DNA from: Acutalibacteraceae bacterium
GTDB taxonomy: Bacteria; Bacillota; Clostridia; Oscillospirales; Acutalibacteraceae
NCBI GenBank assembly: GCA_045577905.1
Contig: JAZNJE010000123.1
Coordinates: 1-56,761, forward strand
Direction of reading: 5' to 3'
Length of the DNA: 56,761 bases
In this document: positions 1-6,261 of the stretch, in pieces
Position numbering within the stretch: position 1 is the first letter of the stretch
Layout of the letters: every line of letters starts with the position of its first letter
Position numbers and translations under genes: made by a program
The notes under the pieces: generated by a model
The model's input: only the letters and a program-made list of their open reading frames with translations
The model's database searches: none
What the model was told of the DNA's origin: nothing

Positions 1-132
1 GACTTCACAGTTCAAAAATGCTATCGCGCATTTTTGACTGCTTCGACGAACCCTACGGGTTCAAATCCCGTCGCTAAGATTAGCGAAAATAAAAAGAAGA
101 GATTCTAAACGAACCTCTTCTTTTCATTTTTG
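1..132 (+). repeat. 132-bp perfect direct repeat, copy 1 (copy 2 is at 988..1119); it contains a bidirectional hairpin terminator and a T-arm-like hairpin
   Basis: Bases 1..132 are identical to 988..1119 (offset 987). The repeat begins at the window edge, so it may extend further left. Confidence 0.9.
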
Positions 133-189
133 CGAAAAAGCAGTAAAACGGTGCGCAAATGGGGCAAAGAAAATCAATTAGGTGCGCAA

Positions 190-326
190 TTAAAATCTGC
201 TACCAAAATAATACATTCCGTAAATCAGGATGAAATTTTCAAACAATCCTATTACAGACAAAAAATTACCAGCGGTATTGGAGAAGCAACCGCTATGATA
301 CCTGTGACGATCGGTCTGTTCTTCAC
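190..326 (-). pseudogene. Decayed copy of the small membrane-protein gene (intact paralog at 36485..36808)
   Basis: GTG at 326 overlaps the upstream stop (GTGA), just as ATGA does in the intact paralog. The 5' and 3' ends align to 36485..36808. The middle is deleted between two AATTTTTT(C/G)TGTAATA direct repeats, and the frame reaches TAA after 24 codons. Confidence 0.7.
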
Positions 327-676
327 TTTGAATTCTCCTTCGCTGTTTTGCAGGAAGCGATCAGCATTGCTCTTAGGGAAGTGCATTTTGTTGAAAGTGC
401 TTTGAAAGTTTGCTCGTCAATGTATTTCGTTCTAAACAAGAGTTCAAGCCAATAACCCGTTTCGCTAGCTTCTTTCAAGGCGATTTCAAGTTTAGAAATA
501 AAATCCTTCTTACCTTGTGCGTATTGCGCTTCGTGGATATTGGCGCCGATACTTGTGGCACTTCTGCCTATTTGATTGGAGATGATAGACTCCTTGACGG
601 ATTTCAGATGCTTTACCAATTCAATAATATCGACGGAGAATTCCATAGAAAGATTTTTAAGCCTTGATTCTGCCAT
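323..676 (-). CDS. Four-helix-bundle protein (23S rRNA intervening-sequence protein / Avd-like family)
   Basis: Helical protein of ~117 aa with family-typical motifs (IGRSATSIGANIHEA; KLEIALKEASETGYWLELL). RBS GAGGTG lies 6 nt before the ATG at 676, so the ORF-track start at 685 is less likely. Confidence 0.85.
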   Translation of the reverse strand: MAESRLKNLSMEFSVDIIELVKHLKSVKESIISNQIGRSATSIGANIHEAQYAQGKKDFISKLEIALKEASETGYWLELLFRTKYIDEQTFKALSTKCTSLRAMLIASCKTAKENSK

Positions 677-697
677 AATATACACCTCGCTCTTTAT

Positions 698-731
698 ATT
701 ATATCACAATTCAAACTTATTTGCAAATAAG
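698..731 (-). promoter_or_regulatory. Extended -10 promoter (TGATATAAT) of the four-helix-bundle gene, plus a perfect 16-bp palindrome CTTATTTGCAAATAAG (716..731)
   Basis: The same TGATATAAT element precedes the paralog at 36111..36119. The palindrome lies immediately upstream and is operator-like. Confidence 0.5.
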
Positions 732-860
732 TGATAAGCGATGCAGCTGCGCTGTGATAGGTGATGCGATGCTTTCCACCCACGCGCCGAAGGCGTGCAT
801 CACGGGCGAAGCCTGCATCACGCACAAAGTGCGCATCTCGTTCCGTAAGGAACGCAGCAC
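732..860. repeat. Mini-hairpin array A: short words GTGAT(GC) and then GCATCAC, interleaved with 4-6 bp hairpins
   Basis: Hairpins are CGCC-GAA-GGCG (785..795), GGC-GAA-GCC (805..813), CGCAC-AAA-GTGCG (821..833) and CGTTCC-GTAA-GGAACG (839..854). GTGATGC at 761..767 is the reverse complement of GCATCAC at 797..803 and 815..821. Confidence 0.7.
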
Positions 861-862
861 TC

Positions 863-904
863 AAAAAAGTCTCATTTGTCTGGTAGACAAATGAGACTTC
901 TTTT
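863..904. terminator. Bidirectional intrinsic terminator hairpin
   Basis: A 13-bp perfect stem (868..880 pairs with 886..898) is flanked by an A-run and a T-run. It directly follows the CCA-ending tRNA-Glu 3' duplicate on the minus strand. Confidence 0.7.
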
Positions 905-906
905 GT

Positions 907-922
907 TGGTGACCCGGACGGG
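907..922 (-). other. 16-nt duplicate of the tRNA-Glu 3' end including CCA (att-like core or 3' end of a tRNA-like RNA)
   Basis: TGGTGACCCGGACGGG at 907..922 is identical to 1118..1133. Identity is 17 nt if 906 and 1117 are counted. The sequences diverge beyond this. Confidence 0.8.
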
Positions 923-987
923 GTACGGTGCGCTCTCGGTTTGTGCCGACGGCTCCGAGCCGTTATCGGCAAAACCTTCGTGCTGCC

Positions 988-1119
988 GACTTCACAGTTC
1001 AAAAATGCTATCGCGCATTTTTGACTGCTTCGACGAACCCTACGGGTTCAAATCCCGTCGCTAAGATTAGCGAAAATAAAAAGAAGAGATTCTAAACGAA
1101 CCTCTTCTTTTCATTTTTG
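988..1119 (+). repeat. 132-bp perfect direct repeat, copy 2
   Basis: Identical to 1..132. It abuts the tRNA-Glu 3' end and overlaps it by 2 nt. Confidence 0.9.
1081..1117 (-). terminator. Intrinsic terminator of the tRNA-Met/tRNA-Glu operon (lies inside the 132-bp repeat)
   Basis: Stem AAGAAGAG/CTCTTCTT (1081..1088 pairs with 1102..1109) is followed by a T-run on the minus strand, just downstream of tRNA-Glu. Confidence 0.65.
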
Positions 1120-1193
1120 GTGACCCGGACGGGATTCGAACCCGTGTTACCGCCGTGAAAGGGCGGTGTCTTAGGCCTCTTGACCACCGGGCC
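1118..1193 (-). tRNA. tRNA-Glu (anticodon UUC), CCA encoded
   Basis: Manual cloverleaf: GGCCCGG acceptor, anticodon loop CTTTCAC, T arm ACGGG-TTCGAAT-CCCGT, 3' end CCGGGTC-A-CCA. Confidence 0.9.
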
Positions 1194-1197
1194 ATAT

Positions 1198-1274
1198 TGG
1201 TGGCTATAGTAGGATTCGAACCTACGACACTGCGGGTATGAACCGCATGCTCTAGCCAACTGAGCTATATAGCC
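1198..1274 (-). tRNA. tRNA-Met (anticodon CAU; elongator type, although Ile2-lysidine is not excluded)
   Basis: Manual cloverleaf: GGCTATA acceptor, anticodon arm TGCGG-TTCATAC-CCGCA, T arm GTAGG-TTCGAAT-CCTAC, CCA encoded. There is no initiator-type GGG/CCC anticodon stem. Confidence 0.85.
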
Positions 1275-1293
1275 ATAATATAGTGCACGAACT

Positions 1294-1322
1294 ATTATAA
1301 CCGCGACATTTAGTTTTGTCAA
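1294..1322 (-). promoter_or_regulatory. Sigma-A type promoter of the tRNA-Met/tRNA-Glu operon
   Basis: On the minus strand: TTGACA (1317..1322), 17 nt spacer, TATAAT (1294..1299). It lies ~20 nt upstream of tRNA-Met. Confidence 0.6.
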
Positions 1323-1598
1323 TCTTTTTTTACTTAAAATTTTTTGCGTATTTCTTTTACTCGGTTATCATAATGTTGAAAGGTTGCCGAGATGTTTGTG
1401 TTAATAACTCGGTTAAAAACCTTTATAAAACTAAAAAAATGCTTGTTTTTTACCAAAAAAAGGCGAAAAATAGCGAAAAAATCAATTTTTTCGTATAACT
1501 TTTGAAAAAGTTATACACTTTTTTCACAGAGTTATTAACTTTTTACACGTTGCAACAGTTTACATAACAACAATTTTTAGTCCAAATTCAAACTTTTA

Positions 1599-1626
1599 TT
1601 GACAGTTTTGCAGTTATATATATAAT
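1599..1626 (+). promoter_or_regulatory. Sigma-A type promoter
   Basis: TTGACA (1599..1604), 16 nt spacer, TATAAT (1621..1626). Confidence 0.5.
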
Positions 1627-1648
1627 GTTATAATAATGATTGTAGTTA

Positions 1649-1817
1649 GTCGAAGCGCTCTAAAAGCGTTTCGACAAGCCACTTGTTAAGTGGCTTTAGC
1701 AAAATTAAATTATAATATTTAATTTTGCACGACACTCATTTCAACGGAAAAGGACAAATTTTAGTAAAAATTTGTCGCAAAATCAAAGATTTTGTGGCGA
1801 AACAAAATTGTTTCGCC
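1649..1817 (+). other. Run of five consecutive near-perfect hairpins (structured leader or small RNA candidate)
   Basis: Stems are at about 1649..1675, 1676..1696, 1699..1728, 1752..1776 and 1796..1817. They lie between the promoter at 1599 and the EamA gene. Confidence 0.35.
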
Positions 1818-1834
1818 TAACCTATTTCATTATA
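1788..1834 (+). repeat. 47-bp promoter-containing module, duplicated at 49526..49571
   Basis: GATTTTGTGGCGAAACAAAATTGTTTCGCCTAACCTATTTCATTATA differs from the second copy by only a few changes. It contains TTGTTT, a 17-nt spacer and TATAGT. Confidence 0.6.
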
Positions 1835-1855
1835 GTAAAATTAAGGGGGCAGAGG

Positions 1856-2728
1856 ATGAAAAAATCACAATCGGCAAAAGATACGGCACAGTTATTATTT
1901 TCGTATTTTATATTCGGCTCAATCGGGCTTTTTGTCAAAGGAATACCTTTGCCGTCCTCAGTAATTGCATCATTCAGGGGTATCTGCGGTGCAGCATTTA
2001 TCTTCATTTTTATGTTGATGAAAAGAAGTCTGCCAAACCGAAAAGAACTTGGCGAAAACCTATTATGGCTTATACTGTCGGGTGGGGCAATTGGCTTTAA
2101 TTGGATACTGCTTTTTGAGTCATACCGATACACGAGTATTGCAACCGCGACCCTTTGTTACTATATGGCGCCTGTCTTTATGCTATTGGGCTCCGCCCTC
2201 TTTCTAAAAGAGAAAATTGAGATAAAAAGCGTCCTTGCAATAGCGGTTTCGGTGGTGGGAATGCTTTTAATTTCGGGATCGGAACTTTTAAAAGAAAAAA
2301 GTATCCTCGGCATCATTTTGGGACTTGCGGCGGCTATACTTTATGCGGCGGTTATCATTATAAACAAGAAAATGGGAGAAATTTCTTCCGAGACAAGGGC
2401 ATTTGCCCAGATTTTGACGGCAGGAATAACGGTATTACCTTACGCATTTCTAACCGCTAAACCTATCGGCACTCCCCTTGACGGCAGAGCGATAATTCTG
2501 CTTGCAACGGTGGGGCTTATACACACAGGGGTTGCCTATGTGATGAATCTCGGTGCTGTGGCAAAACTTTCGGCGAGCAGTGTGGCGGCGCTTTCCTACA
2601 CCGATCCGATAGTAGCCATTGTACTCGAAAGTATAGTATATCTGAGGTTGCCCGGTGTTGCAATAATAGTAGGCGGACTGTTGATTTTGGGAGGTACGGC
2701 ATTGGCGGTAAATAAGAAAGAGGGCTGA
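1856..2728 (+). CDS. EamA/DMT-family transporter
   Basis: Ten-TM-like ORF with two EamA-like halves. ATG at 1856 is preceded by the RBS GGGGGCAGAGG; the ORF-track start at 1772 is unlikely. Confidence 0.75.
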   Translation: MKKSQSAKDTAQLLFSYFIFGSIGLFVKGIPLPSSVIASFRGICGAAFIFIFMLMKRSLPNRKELGENLLWLILSGGAIGFNWILLFESYRYTSIATATLCYYMAPVFMLLGSALFLKEKIEIKSVLAIAVSVVGMLLISGSELLKEKSILGIILGLAAAILYAAVIIINKKMGEISSETRAFAQILTAGITVLPYAFLTAKPIGTPLDGRAIILLATVGLIHTGVAYVMNLGAVAKLSASSVAALSYTDPIVAIVLESIVYLRLPGVAIIVGGLLILGGTALAVNKKEG

Positions 2729-2759
2729 TTTCCTTTATAAAAAGGGTAATTAGCCCTTT

Positions 2760-3116
2760 TTATTTATCGCTTTTTAAATACCGTATGGCTTCGAGCACCT
2801 GTTCGGCCGAGTATAAAAATTCTTCCTTTGATTCATCTGCCGCAAGAGAGGAGAGCCCCGTCAGTCTTGAATCGACCTCGTATAAAAGGGAGTGATTTAC
2901 ATAAAATGAGAGCAGCCGCCGGCGGTCCTCCCAAAACCGTTTTGCAGAATCAACCGTGTTGGCGGCAGCATTATAGTCTTTACTCCTACAAAGGGAGACC
3001 GAGCGTTCGATGGCAGATGTCATTTCATTGCAGGTTATATCAAAAAATGCGGTGCCGATAACCCCGATAGCCAGAACAATAATAAAGGCGACCACCGCAA
3101 TCATAATTCGTTTCAC
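2760..3116 (-). CDS. DUF4363-family protein (N-terminal TM)
   Basis: Small TM-anchored helical protein whose start overlaps the stop of the upstream DUF421 gene. This is the usual DUF421-DUF4363 pairing in Clostridia. Confidence 0.6.
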   Translation of the reverse strand: MKRIMIAVVAFIIVLAIGVIGTAFFDITCNEMTSAIERSVSLCRSKDYNAAANTVDSAKRFWEDRRRLLSFYVNHSLLYEVDSRLTGLSSLAADESKEEFLYSAEQVLEAIRYLKSDK

Positions 3117-3790
3117 AATCTGTCCTCCCGTTTAACAAGCGTATAGTTCAGTTCCTTGTCAACAGAGAGCAAAAAGACCTCTGACAAGGAAACCTTATTT
3201 TTTCGTATTATATCTTCAACATCCCGTTTATCTATACCGAGTTCCTTTAAAACGTTCTTCATAATAACACCGTCATTTACGGCAGGAAGAGGCACCAGAG
3301 CAGAACTGCCGCTTTTTCCGACATCCTTTTTTGTGGCTGTTTGAAACTGACTTTTTAAAAGGACATTAAGGTTGCCGTTTGTCTCCATAATTGCATAGGA
3401 AACCTGACTTATATCGTAAACATCTCGGTCACGCAGAAGTTCAACCAAATCGGTAACGGTAATACGCAGACTTTTCATCTCCCTTTGGTCGATAACCCCA
3501 TCCCGAATGATAATTCGGCTGCTTCCCGCAAAAAGACGATGCAAAAGGGGGGATTTAAGTGTTAAAACCGAAAAAACAACCTCAAAAAAAACGAGGGTGG
3601 CTATGGCCGAAATGCCTAAAAACACCGGCTGGCTTATATCTTGGAGAGGAATTGCAACCATCTCTGAAATTAGAAGGGTAACAACAAGTTCGCTCGGTTG
3701 CATCTCGCCGATTTGCCTCTTACCCATAAGCCGAAGGCCCAAAATAACAAAAAAGTAAAGCAGGGTCGTGCGGAGAATAATAGTAAACAT
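3113..3790 (-). CDS. DUF421 (YetF-like) membrane protein
   Basis: N-terminal TM segments followed by a YetF-type C-terminal domain (LRITVTDLVELLR, YAIMETNGNLNV). Confidence 0.7.
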   Translation of the reverse strand: MFTIILRTTLLYFFVILGLRLMGKRQIGEMQPSELVVTLLISEMVAIPLQDISQPVFLGISAIATLVFFEVVFSVLTLKSPLLHRLFAGSSRIIIRDGVIDQREMKSLRITVTDLVELLRDRDVYDISQVSYAIMETNGNLNVLLKSQFQTATKKDVGKSGSSALVPLPAVNDGVIMKNVLKELGIDKRDVEDIIRKNKVSLSEVFLLSVDKELNYTLVKREDRL

Positions 3791-3833
3791 AAAAAAATCA
3801 CCGCAATTAGTATTTGCGGTGATTTTGGTTTTA

Positions 3834-4460
3834 TTAACCTTTTTTAATTTTGTAGGAAAGGCGCATCAGGGTGTCGGTAAAGTGAACATTCTCGACCGAA
3901 ACCTGTGGATGGTTAAGGGTTATATCAAAGTGGGAGAAGTTCCAAAAACCCTCAACGCCAAGTTCGATAAGTTTTGGGCAAAGTTTCTCCGCAGCAGAGG
4001 TCGGAAGGCAAATAAAGGCCGCCTTCGGGGAATGTTCCTTGCAAAAATCTTCAAGGTGTGAAATATCCAGAATGTTTAGCCTCGCAACCTCGGTGCCGAC
4101 AACATCGGGACTCTTGTCAAAGGCGGCAATGAGCGAAAAGCCGAGTTTTGTAAAGTCCATATTGTTTGCGACAACCCTGCCCAAATTACCCACCCCCAGC
4201 ATAATGGCGGGAATTTGCTCATCAATGCCTAAAATTGAGCCGATTTCATCGTAAAGAAGATTGATGCTGTAACCGTAGCCTTGCAGACCAAAACCGCCGA
4301 AACAGTTGAAGTCCTGCCTTACCTGACTTGCGGTTAAATTCATTTTTTTTGCGAGTTCCCCCGAAGAAATACGCTCGATCTTCTGCTTTTTAAGGTTGCC
4401 TAAAAACCTGTAATAGCGCGGAAGCCTCTTAATTACCGATGGAGAAATATATTTACTCAT
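3834..4460 (-). CDS. rex: Redox-sensing transcriptional repressor Rex
   Basis: N-terminus RLPRYYRFL, then ISSGELA..TASQVRQDF and a Rossmann motif GVGNLG. Confidence 0.9.
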   Translation of the reverse strand: MSKYISPSVIKRLPRYYRFLGNLKKQKIERISSGELAKKMNLTASQVRQDFNCFGGFGLQGYGYSINLLYDEIGSILGIDEQIPAIMLGVGNLGRVVANNMDFTKLGFSLIAAFDKSPDVVGTEVARLNILDISHLEDFCKEHSPKAAFICLPTSAAEKLCPKLIELGVEGFWNFSHFDITLNHPQVSVENVHFTDTLMRLSYKIKKG

Positions 4461-4593
4461 AAGTTTTACCTGTCCTACATATTATACATAATGTACCCAA
4501 ACAAAGTTGTGCAACTTTTTAACAATATTCATTATACACAATAAAGATGTTTTTGTAAATAGAAAAAACTATGAAAAATTTTTCAAAAAACTC

Positions 4594-4645
4594 TTGACAA
4601 ATCAGTAATCATTGCTATAATAAAAATAGTAACAATTACTGATTT
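4594..4645 (+). promoter_or_regulatory. perR-rbr promoter with two Fur-family-type palindromes
   Basis: TTGACA (4594..4599), 16 nt spacer, TATAAT (4616..4621). Palindromes are AGTAATcATTGCT (4604..4616) and AGTAACaATTACT (4628..4640). A 10-bp inverted repeat AATCAGTAAT/ATTACTGATT brackets them. Confidence 0.6.
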
Positions 4646-4661
4646 GGGGGGTGCTGCAAAA

Positions 4662-5045
4662 ATGAAGAATTATTCAAGACAGCGTGAAGCGATTTTGAAC
4701 CTGCTTTGCAATACAAAGAGTCATCCGACTGCGGCTTGGATATATGAACAAGTAAGGGAAGAAATTCCCAACATAAGTCTCGGTACCGTTTATCGCAACC
4801 TATCGGGTCTTGCCGAGGAAGGAAGAATTAAAAAACTTGCATTTGGCGATTCGTCGGTACATTTTGACGGCGATGTTTCGGTTCACAGTCATTTTTACTG
4901 TGAACATTGCGGCAACATAGTCGATATTTGGCTTGACCAATCAAATATGTTCGGTAAGATTGAGGCCGAATACGGAGTCAAGCCGAGAAGGGTAGATTTC
5001 AACATTATCGGAAAATGCGGTAATTGTTCAAATAAAGAAAAATAA
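4662..5045 (+). CDS. perR: Fur-family regulator, probably PerR
   Basis: Fur-family length with a CxxC...CxxC C-terminus, located upstream of rubrerythrin. ATG at 4662 follows the RBS GGGGGGTG. Confidence 0.7.
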   Translation: MKNYSRQREAILNLLCNTKSHPTAAWIYEQVREEIPNISLGTVYRNLSGLAEEGRIKKLAFGDSSVHFDGDVSVHSHFYCEHCGNIVDIWLDQSNMFGKIEAEYGVKPRRVDFNIIGKCGNCSNKEK

Positions 5046-5064
5046 AATTTTTGGAGGAAAAACT

Positions 5065-5607
5065 ATGAAAAAATTTGTATGCACAATCTGCGGATATGTT
5101 CACGAGGGAGATTCTGCTCCCGATGAGTGCCCTATCTGCAAGGCAAAGGCAGAAAAGTTCAAGGAGCAGGCAGGCGAAAAGAGTTGGGCAGCCGAGCACG
5201 TAGTAGGGGTTGCAAAGGGCGTTGACGAGAGAATAATTGAAGGCCTCCGTGAGAATTTTAACGGCGAATGCAGTGAGGTTGGTATGTACCTTGCTATGGC
5301 AAGGGTTGCCCACCGTGAGGGTTATCCTGAAATCGGTCTTTATTGGGAAAAGGCAGCCTATGAAGAGGCAGAGCATGCCGCTAAATTTGCCGAACTTCTC
5401 GGCGAGGTTGTAACCGACTCCACCAAAAAGAACCTCGAAATGAGAGTAGATGCCGAAAACGGAGCAACAATGGGCAAGTTTGAACTTGCAAAACTTGCAA
5501 AAGAACTCGGACTTGACGCAATTCACGATACGGTACACGAAATGGCACGCGATGAAGCCCGCCACGGAAAGGCTTTTGAAGGTTTGCTCAAACGTTACTT
5601 TCAATAA
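5065..5607 (+). CDS. rbr: Reverse rubrerythrin (N-terminal rubredoxin-like CxxC..CxxC followed by a di-iron ferritin-like domain)
   Basis: CTICGY..CPICK at the N-terminus and ExxH di-iron motifs (EEAEHA, DEARHG). Confidence 0.9.
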   Translation: MKKFVCTICGYVHEGDSAPDECPICKAKAEKFKEQAGEKSWAAEHVVGVAKGVDERIIEGLRENFNGECSEVGMYLAMARVAHREGYPEIGLYWEKAAYEEAEHAAKFAELLGEVVTDSTKKNLEMRVDAENGATMGKFELAKLAKELGLDAIHDTVHEMARDEARHGKAFEGLLKRYFQ

Positions 5608-5608
5608 C

Positions 5609-6106
5609 GAAACCCAAAAATCTAAAACCGACCCGACCGCACTTTTCAAACTGTCTTACGGTCTTTTTGTGTTGACCGCCAAGGAGGGCGAAAAGGACAA
5701 CGGCTGTATTGTAAACACCGCGTTTCAGGTGGCGAACGAGCCGACAAAGATAGCGATTTCCTGCCAAAAGGAAAACCTGACCCGTGAAATAATCGGAAAA
5801 ACGGGGGAATTCAACCTCTCGGTTCTGACCGAGGAGGTTCCCTTTGAGGTTATCCGTCATTTCGGAATGCAGACCGGAAGGCAGATAGATAAATTTGAAA
5901 ACTGCAAGGAGGAAGTGCGTTCTGCAAACGGTATAAAGTATATACCAAAATATACAAACGCATTTTTCTCGGTAAAGGTAGAACACTCTATCGATCTCGG
6001 CAGTCACGAAATGTTTATCGGCGATGTTGTAGAATCAAAGGTGCTTTCGGACAAACCGTCCTGTACCTATGCCTACTATCATAAGTCGGTAAAGCCGAAA
6101 AAGTGA
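5609..6106 (+). CDS. Flavin reductase-like domain protein; start codon unresolved
   Basis: Family-typical N-terminus ALFKLSYGLFVLTA..DNGCIVNT. The frame is open from 5450 across the rbr stop, but there is no ATG, GTG or TTG between the rbr stop and the conserved N-terminus. The first candidate is GTG near 5669. Confidence 0.6.
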   Translation, partial: ETQKSKTDPTALFKLSYGLFVLTAKEGEKDNGCIVNTAFQVANEPTKIAISCQKENLTREIIGKTGEFNLSVLTEEVPFEVIRHFGMQTGRQIDKFENCKEEVRSANGIKYIPKYTNAFFSVKVEHSIDLGSHEMFIGDVVESKVLSDKPSCTYAYYHKSVKPKK

Positions 6107-6261
6107 AACAGCCGATAAAAAAAGGCGGCCGAGCGCCGCACATTTTAAAGGACAGAGAATGCATTCTCTGTCCTTTTTTGGTCAAAAATACAGGCTATTG
6201 ATATTTTGGTTATTATAAAGTATAATAGACTATGTATTATAGTTTGAATAGAGGTCTTGCT

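Noticed and set aside
323-676. The four-helix-bundle (Avd-like) genes as part of a diversity-generating retroelement
   Set aside because: There is no reverse transcriptase gene anywhere in the window. There is also no template/variable repeat pair with adenine-specific differences near either copy.
732-860. The hairpin arrays (also at 35930..36110 and 50889..50985) as CRISPR arrays
   Set aside because: The repeated words are only 7-9 nt. The 'spacers' are 10-16 nt self-complementary hairpins. The word orientation flips mid-array, and no cas genes or leader are present.
1042-1058. T-arm-like hairpin ACGGG-TTCAAAT-CCCGT in the 132-bp repeat as the 3' part of a plus-strand tRNA or tmRNA
   Set aside because: No complementary acceptor 5' strand, D arm or anticodon arm could be built upstream. 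No CCA or ACCA follows it on the plus strand.
694-1322. ORF-track entries 694..1002(-), 876..1064(+) and 1092..1322(-) as coding genes
   Set aside because: They run through the hairpin array, the terminators, the 132-bp repeat and the two tRNA genes. They have no RBS and low-complexity Arg/Cys-rich translations.
4507-4525. TTGTGCAACTTTTTAACAA as a Rex operator between rex and perR
   Set aside because: The half-sites resemble TTGTGAA/TTCACAA, but the element is 19 nt rather than 18 nt, and the half-sites are imperfect. That is too weak to call without a position-weight-matrix scan.
5005-5649. Long antisense ORFs opposite well-supported genes (for example 5005..5649, 12073..12867, 21475..22164, 42710..43258, 43513..44085 and 53218..53799)
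   Set aside because: Each lies fully inside a confidently recognised gene on the other strand. Their translations are compositionally odd, they lack RBSs, and they are typical shadow ORFs.
6107-6261. A c-di-AMP (ydaO-type) riboswitch upstream of trkA
   Set aside because: The region contains only two terminator-like hairpins and a promoter-like AT-rich stretch. None of the conserved ydaO blocks are present.
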